Assembly (NCBI GenBank): GCA_963575745.1
Contig: CAUYUJ010000038.1
Span: 62,001 to 119,303 of the forward strand
Direction: 5' to 3'
DNA length: 57,303 nucleotides
Origin: Prorocentrum cordatum
Taxonomy: Eukaryota
A model generated the notes under the pieces. It was not told the origin of the DNA, searched no databases, and saw nothing but the letters and a program-made list of their open reading frames with translations. Both the position numbers and the translations under genes were made by a program. Positions within the stretch are counted from its first letter, which is position 1, and each line of letters opens with the position of its first letter. Shown here piece after piece: positions 12,347 through 27,842 of this stretch.

Positions 12347-14636
12347 TCCCTCTCGCCTTAAACTTCAATATAAATACGCGAGCCAGGGCGCATTGCTCCT
12401 AGACGAGAGTTTCTATCTCGGGCATGTTTTAAATAATTTTCGCAGACGAGAGTTTTCATCTCGTGTCCGCGCCCAATTTTAAAGTGCCACTTGGCACAGG
12501 ATGAAGGGAAAGAGGAGGAGGAGGAGGAGGAGGAAGACGATGGGGAGGATGAGGAGGAACCCAACGTTTCACCAGTTTGCATAAATTTGTCTCGCGCGTA
12601 GGAGGGGGAGGGGGGAGGGAGGGAGGGAGGGGGGAAGGAGGAGGAGGGAGGGGGGGGGAGGGAAGAGGGAGGAGGGAGAACGGGGAGGGAGGAGTGAGGA
12701 GGAGGGAGGAGGGAGGAGGGGGGAGGGAGAAGGGAGGGAGGAAGGGGGGGAGGAGGGAGGAGGGGGGAGGGAGGAGGGGGAACTCGGCCATTTTGGCCCT
12801 CGCCCCCTGTCCACGCTGTTGCCGACATCAGCCCAGCAGGTGGTTGATGGACTAATGAAGCCCATGCTTCACGAGGTCGCCGACGCAATGAAGAAGACGT
12901 GCCGTCATCTTATCATTTGCTGTATTTCGGCGGCAGGGAGTCTGTTGCAGTACTTCAGTTTTGCGTTCAAATATTATGCAAGTTGTCTTGCGATGCAATC
13001 GCTCGAGACACCGCCGGTAAGCCGCACGCGGTCGGCTTACGCACGGCTAATTAAACCGTGTAAAAAGCGCCCACGCCATTTAGATTCGCAATGCGCGTCT
13101 GATAGACTATGAGGATCGGACCCTCGCTCTCCCCCCTTACCGCCATCGTCGTCTCGTCTCCTCCAACTCCCCCATTGTGCAAGGCGTCAGGTAGGCGCAG
13201 CTGCCTGTGGGGTTGAAGGAAGGCGGCGTGGAAGTGGTAGGATGTGGGGGGGGGGGGGGAAGGACTGGGGCGCCAGCGAAGACTTGGATAAGACCCCAGA
13301 GCACATCAGAACTCGCTAGAAGCATTTTTTTCCGGGAGCAGGATGTTCCCAGCTCAGTTTGCGCGGGCTTCGGGTGCAAGTATCTCCTCCCTTCCCTCTC
13401 TTCCTCGCCTCCTCTCGGATTTCCCTCTTCTCCCATAGTTGCTCTCTTAGCCCAGTCGGTCCGGTGATAGCAGGCTTCAGCGGGAATTGCAGATCCCAGC
13501 AGAAACATGAGCAATGTTTCTTTTAATCCAGTTTGCACTCGGACAAACTTGCGGCCGAAGCGCAATCCAATCCTCCCCCTCCTCCTCCTCCTCCTCCTCC
13601 TCCTCCTCTTGAGCATCATCATCATCATCACCATCATCATTATCGTCATCATCACCATTATCGTCATCATCCGCCTGTCCATTCCTATGCTGTCCTCCCA
13701 TCCCTCTCCCCCATCGCGATCGCCGTCATCATCAACATCCACAAAACCGTCGTAGTCGTCGTCATCCTTGCCACCATTACCGTTTCATCATGACCACCCT
13801 CATCAGCAGCAACCGTAACAACACCGATGCAGCGATCACCGGGACGATGCAATGGAAGTGATTACAGATTGTCCGTGCGTGCGGCGATGGGGGCCCCCTC
13901 GATTCCGCCACACATCCCCTCGCACCGAGAAGGGGGGTGCAGGAGGAGGAGGAGGAGGAGGGCGACGACGACGACGAAGGAGGAGCAGGGGAAGGAGGAG
14001 GAGGAGGAGGAGGAGGACGACGACGAGAGAGGAGGAGCAGGAGGGGGCAGGAGAAGGAGCAGGAGGAGTGACGAGGAGGAGGATCACCGTCGCAATCATT
14101 GCCATGATCAGCAGCATCGCGAACTATCACCTATTGCCGTAATCACCACATCACCAGGGCGTCGTCGTAAGCACCGTTACCGTCGCAGCCATCCGTACCA
14201 TCACCGAAATCACCACCACGATTTCGGCCGGGCCATCAGCATGGTGTGCGTCCTCGTTTTAATCACGATCATCGTGGTCAGCGCACTCATCAACATAGTT
14301 TTCATCATCAACATCATCATCAGCAGCAGCATCATCGTTGTACCCGTCGTCGTTATCATCGGTGTCGTCATCATTCTCATCGCTACCATCATCACCATCA
14401 TTAGAAACACCATCACCAATTCCATCACCGTCGTCGTCGTCGTCATCATCATCATCATCGTCGTCGTCGTCGTCATCGTCATCATCATCATCATCATCAT
14501 CACCGTCGTCGTCACCGTCGCCATCATCATGCTGATCATCATCAATCACCACACTCCTCGTCCGAATCGCGTTTGGCTCGGCGCTTGGCTCAAACATGTT
14601 GGTCTCGTTGCGCGCCCGTGTTTTCGCTTGCAACCC

Positions 14637-15343
14637 ATGGCGGCCAAACCATCCGTGGCTGATGTTCTGTCCCCGTTTCCAGCTGAATGCCTGGGATGGT
14701 TTTGCGCGGGATATCACATTTCGGACGCACCAGGTCGCGCAGAGACAATACGCGGAGTCCTGCTGCGATCCGGCCTGGTTCCAGAAGCCGTCGCGACCAC
14801 GCTAGCGATTGAAGGCGCACTCAACAAACTAATCCGGCAGGCCCCTTCGTGGATAACACCGGAAACGCGGAAGACGGCCGCGGCAAGTCCTATTGTGTGC
14901 AATCGTTCTGCGCTTGTGGCGCAGTCCTGTTTCCAAGAATGGCAGCCCTTCAATGGTAAGTCTCAGTGCACGTGTGGCCAGACCTGTGTACTCTGGCGTT
15001 CTTGTGATGCGGTGTTTTTCACCTTCAGCATGGGCATGCGACGTGGGCGCGTGTGCTTCTTACGCTGTTTCCATTGCTGCTCCGTCTACTCTGGGAACTG
15101 GGCGTGGCGGAAAGTCCCAGAAGAGTCGAAATTCCCTGAAGGTTTTCACGATCCGGAATGCGCTCCGGGAGCCAGCCTGACCAAGAGGTGGTTCTTTGCG
15201 ACGCCGCAGGTTTGTTGGGGGACGTCTCTATTGGAGTGGATGCGGGGCAACACGTGGCGAGGCGGCATGAGTATGACCGCGCACTTTGATGTATACCACT
15301 CTCTATGGCCCCAAACGACTGCAGACGCAATGTACCACATCAG
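14637..15343 (+). CDS. KDZ-type transposase, exon 1 (CxC5-like cysteine cluster)
   Basis: ATG at 14637. CTCGQ...VFFTFSMG...RCFHCCSVY...WFFATPQVCW...MSMTAHFDVY matches the CxC5 pattern. Ends at ATCAG|GA (GA donor). Confidence 0.7.
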
Positions 15344-15589
15344 GACGGGACACACGCAAAAGGAGTAGTCATAGTGAAGTAATGGCACGGACAGTGCAAG
15401 CCAATAAGCACAAGTGCGGATAAGAGTGAGGCGGTGCCAGGCCTGCCTTGCGGGAGGTGCTGCGCTCGAGCACCAATGTCAAGAGCGAACTGCAAGTGCT
15501 GGCGATTAAACTGCGCAGTCCGCCGCAACGCCCGACTTTTGCACAACAAAACAACCATCTGGGTGGTTTGCGGGACGTTCGCAGGCGCA

Positions 15590-15830
15590 GATCAAAGGCG
15601 CGTCGCGGGTGGGTCGAGGGCGGGTTGCGAGGGGGTCGCAGGTGGGTCGCGGGCGGTCGTGGGCGGGTCGTGACTAGGGCGCGGGTGAGTCTCGGAGTGG
15701 GCGGCGGGGCGGGGCGCGTCAGGCCAGATGAGCCCTGGGCCATAATACGACTGGAGAACGAGAAACCGCACAGCAGACTACCAACTCGGCCACGCACCCA
15801 GGGACAGTTTAAGACCGCTCTGGCCTCTCG
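15590..15830 (+). repeat. GGGTCGC-rich dispersed repeat, copy inside KDZ intron 1 (other copies at ~21500-21755 and ~49270-49515)
   Basis: GGGTCG-rich array followed by a shared end, CGCAC(A)CC(A/T)GGG(G)AC...A(A/G)GACC. Confidence 0.6.
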
Positions 15831-15854
15831 CTCTGGCGCATGTTTCCAGGCAGT

Positions 15855-16366
<512 letters not shown>

Positions 16367-16493
16367 TGTCCTGGGGCCATGAATCCGCCCTCATAGGTGC
16401 TCCTAGCACCAGCGACGTCCTATGCAGGAGCGGATGTCACAGCCGTCGGAATTTGTAGGTGCCGAGGTTGCAAAAAGAAAAGATGCCCACCAG

Positions 16494-17335
16494 GACCCAC
16501 TTCATCAACAAGTTGACCATGGTCCTGCTGACATGGGGCGCGTGTCGGCTTTTCCATGCAGCGGGCCGAAGCTTGGAAGCTTTTCAGTGGCGCATGCGGC
16601 CGCACCACGAATCCATGGACTTTGGGAAACTGCTCGACCAAGTGCGCGTGGCTTTCGATAACGTGTCCAGCGCTCACCGCTGCGAGTTGACGGACCTCCT
16701 TCCAGCGATTGTCGTCGACGGGAAGTGGTGCGTGCAAACACCCATATGCAACGCCAGGAACGTGGGAATGGAATGGTCTGAGGATTTACGGGTCGGATTC
16801 TTCGCAGGCTGCGTCCGGCGCCCTACCGAAGGAGCAAGATTTTGTTCGAGCCATTCATGTGAATGCTTTACGGCACCAGAGGATATCAAAATCTCTGGCC
16901 ACCGTGAGAAGAATGTGGGCACGCACATGGAGCTGGAATACGAAGTTGATGGCACGTGGGTTCGCAGTTCCCTGGTGGAGGCCTCTCAGATACGCGCGTG
17001 CGAACTTGGCATTCTCAGAAAGCGGGCAAGTGCAAAGAGTCCAGCAGAAATGGGCACTTGCAACAAGGACGAACGGAAAGGCGTGCAAGAGACATTTTGT
17101 GGGCGGAAAACTGCAGGAATCCTGGCAGCAGTTACTCCGTGTTTACAAATTGCTGCCATCAGGCCAATGTATGCCACGGAGTCGCCCACGCAAGTGGCCA
17201 TGTTCGCGCGCGATGTCACCAACCTGCTACCCCGCACGAAGTACGTCTTCTACGACAACGCTTGCGGGATGGTGCGGTTCATGCGCCGGAGCCTTAGGAG
17301 ACGCCCATGCGCGCGTTTCCTGGGTATCCGGGAAG
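16494..17335 (+). CDS. KDZ-type transposase, exon 2 (CxC6-like cluster and N-terminal part of the catalytic core)
   Basis: HRC...IVVDGK...C...GC..RP...RFCSSH, then RKTAGILAAVTPC...MYATESPTQV...YVFYDNAC. The acceptor CCAG|G at 16493 joins exon 1 in frame (MYHIR/THFINKL). The 3' end is uncertain (17297-17335). Confidence 0.8.
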
Positions 17336-17364
17336 GACGACGAAGTGATCGCTAGGGCGCTCTG

Positions 17365-17458
17365 CGTGCATGTGCGCGTGCGCATGTGTGCGCGTGCGCG
17401 TGTGTATGTGTGTGCGTGCGTGCGTGTGTGTGTGTGTGTGTGTGTGTGTCTGTGTGTG

Positions 17459-17490
<32 letters not shown>

Positions 17491-17510
17491 CGTTTGTTTG
17501 TTTGTTTGTG
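17365..17510. repeat. (TG)n microsatellite
   Basis: Directly visible. Confidence 0.95.
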
Positions 17511-18139
17511 CTGCGTGCGCGCCGCGCGGCGGACTGCGCGTCCCTGCACTGTTCCCGGAGAGGCTTCCTGAAACATTGGGTCGGCCAGTTCTGAAGGGGT
17601 CTGTGGAGGGGTCGTGCGTGAGTGTCTGGCCTGGTCAAGTGCTGCTGTGAAGCACGTTGGTCCAGGTAGTCCCACCAGCTCTTTAAGACGTGAGTGGTCT
17701 AGAAAGCTTCTTCTGCTACCCCCCTCCTTCCCCTTCGGGGAGAGGGGCCCCCGCCCCCCTACCCCCTCTCCCTGGGCCTGGACTGGGCGCCCCGCGAGGG
17801 GTTAGAACGTCCAAGATGGCCCAAGATGGCTCCAAGAGCGCCTCAGAGAGCCCAAGATGGCCTCCAAGATCTCCCAAGATAGCCCAAGGTGGTTCAATAT
17901 AGCATCCGACATGCATCCAAGAGCCTAGACCGCCCCAGGACGGCTCTAAATGCCTTCTGAGCCTTCCAGGGAGGCCGCCGAGAGTCCCAAAGGATTGGAG
18001 CTTTAAGCATTTAGCGGCTTGCGGGTTATGTACCCTTTCCGTTGTTGGGCCGTGTTTTGGGCCCCCCATGGGTTTAGCCCGCTGCTTGTTTATCTAGAAC
18101 ACCCTCTCCTTCTCCTCCTTCTCCCGCTTCCTTCCCCTA

Positions 18140-18595
18140 TACCATTCCATACCTACCATGCAATACCTACCATGCCATGCCATACCACACCTGCCATACC
18201 ATACCATACCATACGTACTATACCATACCATACAATACCTACCATACCTACCACGCAAAACCACACCTGCCATACCATACCGCACGTACTATTTATCAGG
18301 TTTCGTGCCCCCCCCCACCCCTCCAGGGAGGCCCCGCGTGAGCGAGGAGGGTATCCCCATACCGTACTATTTATCAGGTTTCGCGCCCCTCCCACCCCGC
18401 CAGGGAGGCCCCGCCTGAGCAAGGTATCCCCATACCGTACTACTTATCCGGTTTCGTGCCCCTCCCACCCCTCCAGGGAGGCCCCTTCTGAGCGAGCAGG
18501 GTTTCCTCGAACCATAATATTCATCAGGTTTCGCGCCTCCCCCACCCCTCCAGGGAGGCCCCGCCTGAGCGAGGAGGGTATCCCAATACCGTATG
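18140..18595. repeat. (CCATA)n tract followed by a ~77-bp minisatellite in about 4 copies
   Basis: TATCAGGTTTCG...CCCACCCCTCCAGGGAGGCCCC or a close variant at about 18294, 18372, 18445 and 18522. Confidence 0.85.
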
Positions 18596-18860
18596 TTAAC
18601 TTCCTTATGTGGGGAACTCCGGCAACATAATGTCATGGGGACCTGTTGTGGAATCCAAACGAATCCGTGCTGATCCCCCCTCCTCCTCCCCCTCCCCCGC
18701 CTCTCCCAAGTCTGCCCCACAGAGGTTCCTCAACGTCTGCTTGAAGGCGTATTCTTATAGCTCGGCCAACGTTTGGGCCAACTGTTGGCAAAGGCCTTTC
18801 CAGAAAGACGAGGGGGGGGGATGGGGGGGAAAGTCACTTTTAAAGCCCACGGCATCTGAG

Positions 18861-19600
18861 GCAATCGATTGAAGGAGGCTGCAGAGCAGGCGTCGAGCGC
18901 GTGGGCAGCTTTGATGAAGCGGATATGGTTGGTCGACAAATTTCATTTCTGGTACCGCACTGCCTGTCGGAATCCCGATAGCAGCTACTACGTGGAGGAA
19001 GTGGACCCGCACAAGTATCCTGAGATATTGGGCATGGACACTGAGGCTGCTGAGCAAATATTCCATATTGCGGACAGATGGCAAGTAATTCTCAGCAACG
19101 CAGCCCCAGTGCATCAGGAGTTGTTCATGCTCTTGTTCGCGCATGCTCACAATGATAAGCATTCCTGCCAACACGCACTGCAGATGTTTGCTTCTCATCG
19201 CGCGGCGAAACAGCAGACAGGCGACCAGGGCCCTCCTCCGCCGCCGCCACCGCCTCCAGCAGGAGAGGCAGGGTGCTCGGTCAAGCGACCGGCAAAAAGG
19301 CAAAAAGCTGTGGGGCCGAGGGCGTGCGACTCGCCTGCGCCAGAGTCGCAAGCGCCCCAAGAGGCTGCCAAGGTAAGCCCAGCCGCCTTGGACCCAGCAC
19401 CGGGCGCTGGACCCCTTGAACTGGCGGTCCTGAACGAAAGGAGCGGCACCGTCCACAGTGTAATTTTGCACCAAGATGTATATACGATGCGCGGGTGGAA
19501 TTTTCAAGATCACGCTCGCGTCGTGCAGTTGCAATCCCTGAGAGCGCAAGGGCACTTTCAGTGCGGAGTGTGCGATGGCTTCCGATGCAAGCTGGAGTAG
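18861..19600 (+). CDS. KDZ-type transposase, exon 3 (C-terminal catalytic core and terminal Cys/His cluster)
   Basis: WLVDKFHF...C...DP.KYPEI...DTEAAEQIF...FMLLFAHAHN matches the KDZ DxFH and NxxxxEQ motifs. C-terminal VH...CGVC. Stop at 19598-19600. The start is inferred from TGAG|G at 18860. Confidence 0.75.
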
Positions 19601-20202
19601 GCGCAGCCATGCCACAATTTGTGACAGTCGCTGCCTAGTCCTAGTTGCAACGCGCGTAGGAGGCTGATCGTGCCGCTGATAGTTCGAAGCTTTTGCGAGC
19701 ACGGCTGGGCACCATAATTTTCGCATGATGCTTCGGCCTGGGCAGCCTGGGGAGGTGGTCCCTCGCAAACCTTGCCCCGCAGTGCTGGTGAAATCTGCTG
19801 GATGTACTTGTCCACCAAAAGTCAAACCATCATCGTCATCATCACAATCATCATCGCATTCGCTGCATGGGCAACAGCATCACCAAGTATTACAAGAGCC
19901 CAGCGATGGCCCGAACAGACCCTCCAGACGGAGGACTCCAAGACAGCCTGACATGGCCCCAAGACAGCCCAATGAGGCGCCAGACGGCCAAGACAGGCCC
20001 AAGACAGCCCGAGGAGGCTCCTAAGACAGCCCATGAACGCTCGAAAAAGCTTTGGAGGAGGCGCCCCATGACGTCCCCCAGTACGCTCCACGATAGCTCA
20101 TTCAGGATCAATGGGGGCTGTAACATGATCGGCATTCTGGGGGAAACTCAGAGGTCACCCAGACAGAATTCCAACAGCCCTTTAGGGTGTAGGCCGCAGT
20201 CG

Positions 20203-20255
<53 letters not shown>

Positions 20256-20644
20256 CGTCGTCGTCGTCGTCGTCGTCGTCGTCCGTCCTCGTCCTCGTCC
20301 TCGTCATCGTCATCGTCATCGTCATCGTCCTCATCCTCCTCGTAATCCTCGCCGTCCTCCTCTCCGTCATCATCATCCTCCTAATCTTCCTCGTTATCCT
20401 CGTCGTCGTCCTCCTCGTCGTCCTCGCCCTCGTCCTCCTCACCCTCCTCATCATCCTTCTCCTCGTCTTCATCGTTATCCTCCTTCTCATTATCCTCGTC
20501 TTCCTCGTCCTTTTCCTCCTCCTCGTACATCCTTCCTCCACCTTCTCCTCCTCCTTCTCCTCCGTCTCCTCGCACTTCCCTCCTCCAGCGATCGCCGGCC
20601 CGCTGGTGGTTCAAGAGAACGGCACAACCCCAGACCAGATGTCT

Positions 20645-21012
20645 GTTGGTTGCGCCATAGGTTGCGCGCCCGACCGCTGAGAATACAACGCCCTCCCGTT
20701 GGTTGTGCCATAGGTTGCACCCTCGGCCACCGAGGATAAAACGGCCTCCCATCCACTGCGCCATAGGTTGCGCCCTCGGCCGCCGAGAATAAAACGGCCC
20801 CCTATTCACTGCGCCATAGGTTGCGCCTCGGCCGCTGAGAATACAACTGCCTCCTTTTCACTGTGCAATGGGGTGCGCACCCGGCCGCCGAGAACAAAAC
20901 GGCCTCCCATTGGTTGCGCCATAGGTTGCGCCCTCGGCCGCCGAGGATAAAATGGGCGCCCACTGGCTTCGCCATAGGGTGCGCCCTCGGCCGCCGAGAA
21001 TAAAACGGCATC
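20645..21012. repeat. 53-bp minisatellite, 7 copies
   Basis: Unit is approximately TTGGTTGCGCCATAGGTTGCGCCCTCGGCCGCCGAGAATAAAACGGCCTCCC. Confidence 0.92.
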
Positions 21013-21776
21013 CTTACAGGTGCGAGTGGTCAGTTCAGTCCAGTGCTTACCTCGCGTGATACCAAGTCAAGCTACGCCCGAAAAAGCACAAAACACGTTG
21101 AACGCATTCTCCTTGATTGGGCCATATTGGCTCCACTGGCTGTTAGATTTCTGGGACGTTGTTACAACATGCGACCATATTCCGAGACGCAATTCGCTAA
21201 CTCAGGCCACAAGTATGAGAGCAAGACGCCTAAACAACTGAAATTAAGTAGAAATGCTCATGACGAAGAAGCCATACCCCAAGCATATCGCATTGTATGG
21301 CCTCCTGGAACACTTGACGACACCGGCGATGGTGACGACGATGACGATTACGATCATGATGCCGATGGTGGTGATGATGGCGATGATCTAACTAGTGTTG
21401 CTAGTCCCGGGAAGTAAATTCCCCCCCCCAAAAAAAAACGTTCCAGTGGCCTTCACATGGTCAAAATATTCCATGTTATCCGCGGCCTGCCGATCAGCCG
21501 CGCGCGACAGGTCGGGAGTGGGCCGCGGGACAAGTTGGGTCGCAGACGGGTCGCGAATGGGTCAAGGCGGGTCGTCGGTGGGTCGCGGATTGGTTCGTGG
21601 GTGAGTTGCAGGGTGGGTCGTGGGGATGGGTCGCGGGCGGGTCGCACGGCGGACCGCGGGGTGGGTGGCGAGCGGGACGACGACAAGAAACAATATCAAC
21701 CAGCCACACAGGATCACACTTCAGCCGCACACCCAGGGACGATGCAGGACCGCCTGGCCCCCTTTCTTTGATATTA

Positions 21777-23440
<1,664 letters not shown>

Positions 23441-23574
23441 AATTTCGCACTATGAATAACTCTCTCTGACTCTGGCTTGACACTCCGCGTATTGTTTTCT
23501 TGCGGACATGAGTTCATTAGTTGTTTTTGCTCCTGGGTGTTTTTTCAATCCAGTCGTGTAGTGTTATTCCAAGG

Positions 23575-23890
23575 TGGTGCTCCCGCTGCAGCGCCGCCTC
23601 GTTTCCGCGCTTCGGTCATTCAAATATTGTTCCCGCTGCAGCGCTGGCCTCGTGCCTGCGCCTCCGGTTGTTCCAAATCGTGATCCAGCATCAGCATTGG
23701 CGTGCTCGGTCCTTCCAAATAGCGGTGTCGCTGTAGCACCGGCCTCGTTCCAGTGCTGCGGTCCTTCCAAGTCGTGTTCCCGCTGCAGCGGTGGCCTCAT
23801 TCCCGTTTTCGGTCCTGGCCTTGCTCCCGCGCTCCAGCTCTTCTAAATCGTGCTTTCGCTGCAGCGATGGTCTCATTTCCGCTGGTCCCG
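23575..23890. repeat. Degenerate tandem repeat with core TCCCGCTGCAGCG.TGGCCTC
   Basis: Core recurs near 23581, 23631, 23778 and 23855, with partial copies between. Confidence 0.7.
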
Positions 23891-24199
23891 CGCTTCGGTT
23901 CTTCCGAACCATGTTGGGCCACTTACCATCCAAGTCATTTGGTGCCATGCCACAGCATGCAATGCGATGCTGTGTTGTGCACCGCTGTGCGATGCCATGC
24001 TTTGCGCGTTGCTATGCTTTGTGCTGCAATGCTTCACTACGCAATGACACGCCTTGCTATGACATGCCATACCCTACCGTTTTGCGCCATGCTGTCCCAT
24101 CCATCGCGTACGTTGCCCTGCTCGACATCCGCTTGCGCGAACACACACGTATGTATATATATATATATATATGTGTATATATATGTATGTATATATGTA

Positions 24200-24232
<33 letters not shown>

Positions 24233-26159
24233 GTAGGATGTCTATGCCTTGGTAAGAGATGGGAGGGAGGGGTAGGACGTCAGATGTGATGCTAGCGCAC
24301 CAAGCTTGTCCATCTCCCCTCCCCTCTCCTCGGCGCGCCGGGCCCCGTCCCTACCCCCCCTCCTCTCCGGCGGGCCACGGGAAAGGGCCGTCGCGCCGAT
24401 TCGCCCAGAGGCTGCTCTACCCGCCGCGCTTGTTACCCTCGGCGCGGGCGACGCGGGCAGGCTCCCCCGTGGGAGGGGGGGGTCACTGAGGATGGACCCC
24501 TACCTTCCTCACAAGGAGGAGGTAGAGGAGGTGGAGGAGGAGGAGGCGGAGGAGGAGGAGGAGGTGGAGGAGGAGGAGGAGGAGGAGGAGGTGGAGGAGG
24601 AGGAGGACGAGGAGGACAATAGAAAGGAGGGGGAGGAGGCTCGTTTCCCCTGGCGCTGGCGACGTGGGCAGGCTCCCCCGTGGGAAGGGGGGGCTTCACT
24701 GAGGAGGGACCCCCTACACCCATCAGGACTATTGAGTAAGATCGTCAAAGTCCATGGAGAGAATCTGGAATTTGGACTGGACCCTGGACCCTTTGCGCGG
24801 ACGACGCGGGTAGCCCCCCCGTGGAAGGGTCAGTGTCGCTGATCCGATCCCTGTCCCCATCCCGATTCCCATCCAGACCCCCGCCATCTCATCCCCCAGC
24901 TGGGGATATACCCTCGAAGCTCGAAGGGAACTGCCTATATCCCCATCTAGGCGGGCAAATTGGCCCGTGGGGCCCAGGCCACGCCCATGGTGATCGGGGT
25001 CGGGTACATGCTTTCATGCACAAAGGTGAGCCAAGCTATAATTAGTGGTGATGTTGATGCGTATGTTTGAGGGAGTACAAAAAAGAATGGTGATCGGGGT
25101 CGGTTGCATGATGCTTCCCGTGGGAGGGAGCCTCACTGCGGAAGGACCCCTGCCTGCTTTCGCCTGCCAACGGAGATCAGCCTCCGGGGGGTCGGGGACA
25201 GGCAGGCTCAAGTCCTTGGATTCTCCTTGCGCGAGGCCGTAGTACCAAGTCGGGCGTGCCCCCCAACAGGATGGAGATCCAAAACTAGTCAAACACAGTC
25301 CGGGGACGATTCTTTGAAGATGTTTTGGTCATGTTTTTGACATTCGAACTTTTCGTCGGAAGTCGGCCTGTAGGGGGCCTAATCGTATTAGTCTCAATGC
25401 AGGTGTCTCAGTTGCCTGTACCTTTGTGCTTTCTTTGGGGTATTCCCCGCCCGGGTCAGCAGTCTGATCAGAAATCTGGGGTCCTCAGTTTTGCCCTTCG
25501 CTGACTCGGCCCCCAGGAGTCAGACCCCCCCCAATAACAGGCGAGTGATATGTCCAGGCGAACACCACGGCCCTGAGATCCTGGCGTTGGATTTTTCCAA
25601 GACGGGCGTGCAGAGGGAAACCTTTTCGTTGGGGAGGGGCTCAGCGTTCCTCAGTTGGCTTACAGCTTTGCGCAGGTGCTCCTTAGAATGCTATGTGACA
25701 TCGGAGCCCAACCCATGCCAAGAAAAGGGGGCCTCGTTTCCCAGTTAGGGTTTCGAACAGCAGGTTTTCGATTGCACTTCATGCTTCTGTCCACTCCTCC
25801 CGAACGACCAGTGGGCCCCGCCTCCCACAGGGCAGGTCCCGGCTGATGTGTCGCGCGCGCGCCCGGCCGTGGCTACAAGGGCCCGTCCGCGCTCGTGTTT
25901 TGGTGCCTGGGCCCCTGTTGAGCAGATGTGGCTCCCTCCTCCGCCTCCTCCTCCTCCGATGTCAAAAACAGCTTTTCGGCTAGGAGGATAATGAGGAGGA
26001 GCAGCAGCAGCAGCGGAGGGCCGCCGAGAGTCCCTTAGGGCCGCCGATGAGAGGGGGCGGAGGATGGCCCAGGTTCCTGAGGGACGGCTATCTGGTCAAG
26101 ACGGCCGACGAGCTGGGCTCGAAGGACCGCCGACCGGAGCGGAGGAGGTCGGAGAGGGG

Positions 26160-26437
26160 GGAGGAGGAGGAGGAGGAGGAGGAGGAGGAGGAGGAGGAGC
26201 AGGAGGAGGAGGAGGAGGACCTGAGGAGGAAGAAGAGAGGGGTTTGACCGTCCTTCTCCTCCTCCTCCTTCCCCCTCCCTTCATCCCTCTCTGCAGGACG
26301 AGTAGCAGGAGGAAGAGAAGGAGGAGGAGGAGGAGGAGGAGGAGGAGAAGGATGATGATGGTGATGATGGTGATGCTGATGATACTGCTGATGCTGCTGC
26401 TGACGACGATGATGCTGATGTTGTTGATGATGATAGC

Positions 26438-26488
<51 letters not shown>

Positions 26489-26727
26489 AATGCTGATGCT
26501 AATGCTGATGGTGATGGTGATTGTGATGGTGATGATGCTGTTGATGATGATGATGATGATGATGCTAGTGATGATGTTGACGATGATGGTGATGCTAATG
26601 AGGATGATGATGAGGATAAAGGGCCAGGATGCCGATGAGGCTGAGGATGATGGTGATGATGGCATTGATGATGATGAGGATGCTGATGATGTGTAGGATG
26701 ATGACGTTTATGATGATGATGGTGATC

Positions 26728-26775
<48 letters not shown>

Positions 26776-27053
26776 ATGCTGTTGATGATGATGAGGATGT
26801 TGACGATGATGAGGATGACGCTGCTGCTGATGATGATGCTGATTATGATGACGATGACAATGATGATGCTGATGATGATGAGGAGGAGTATGAGGAGAGG
26901 GACGAGGGAGAGGAGGAGGAGGAGGAAGAGAAGGAGGATGCGGATGGAGAAGGTGGGGAGGGAGGGGAGGGACAGAGGAAGGGAGGGAGACGAGGAGGAG
27001 TGATAATGGGAAGGAGCAGGAGGAGGAAGAGACGGATCATGATGATGCTCATA

Positions 27054-27119
<66 letters not shown>

Positions 27120-27527
27120 TTGATGATGATGATGATGACGATGATGTTGACGATGTTGATGATGATCTTGACGATGGTGATGTTGCTGATGATGTTGTTG
27201 ATGATGCTGATGCTGATGATTACGCTGATGATGATGCTGCTGCTGATACTGATTATGACGATGATTATGCTGATGACTATGATACTCATGCTGATGATGC
27301 TGCCGGTGATGATTGTGATTATGGTGATGATTATGATGATGATTTTGATGATGTGATGATGCTGCTGTTGTTGATGCTGATGCTGATGCTGCTGATGCTG
27401 ATGATGATGATGATGTTGGTGAGGATGATGAGGATGGGGATGACGATGATGCCGATGATGATAAAGATGATGATGATGATGTTGATGATGATGAGGTTGT
27501 TGATGCTGATGCTGATGCTACTGGTGC

Positions 27528-27562
<35 letters not shown>

Positions 27563-27681
27563 TTGGTGAGGATGATGAGGATGGGGATGACGATGATGCC
27601 GATGATGATAAAGATGATGATGATGTTGATGATGAGGATTATGCTGCTGCTGATGACGATGATTATGATGATGATGATGGT

Positions 27682-27712
<31 letters not shown>

Positions 27713-27747
27713 GTGATGGTGATGGTGATGGTGATGCAGATGATGAA

Positions 27748-27804
<57 letters not shown>

Positions 27805-27806
27805 AC

Positions 27807-27842
<36 letters not shown>

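Noticed and set aside
14572..14594. TTTGGCTC/TTGGCTCAA as tandem SL relics upstream of the KDZ ATG
   Set aside because: The position is suggestive, but the 8-9 nt matches are too short to distinguish from chance.
20645..21012. CRISPR array
   Set aside because: Whole units are homologous with no unique spacers; no cas genes; eukaryotic context.
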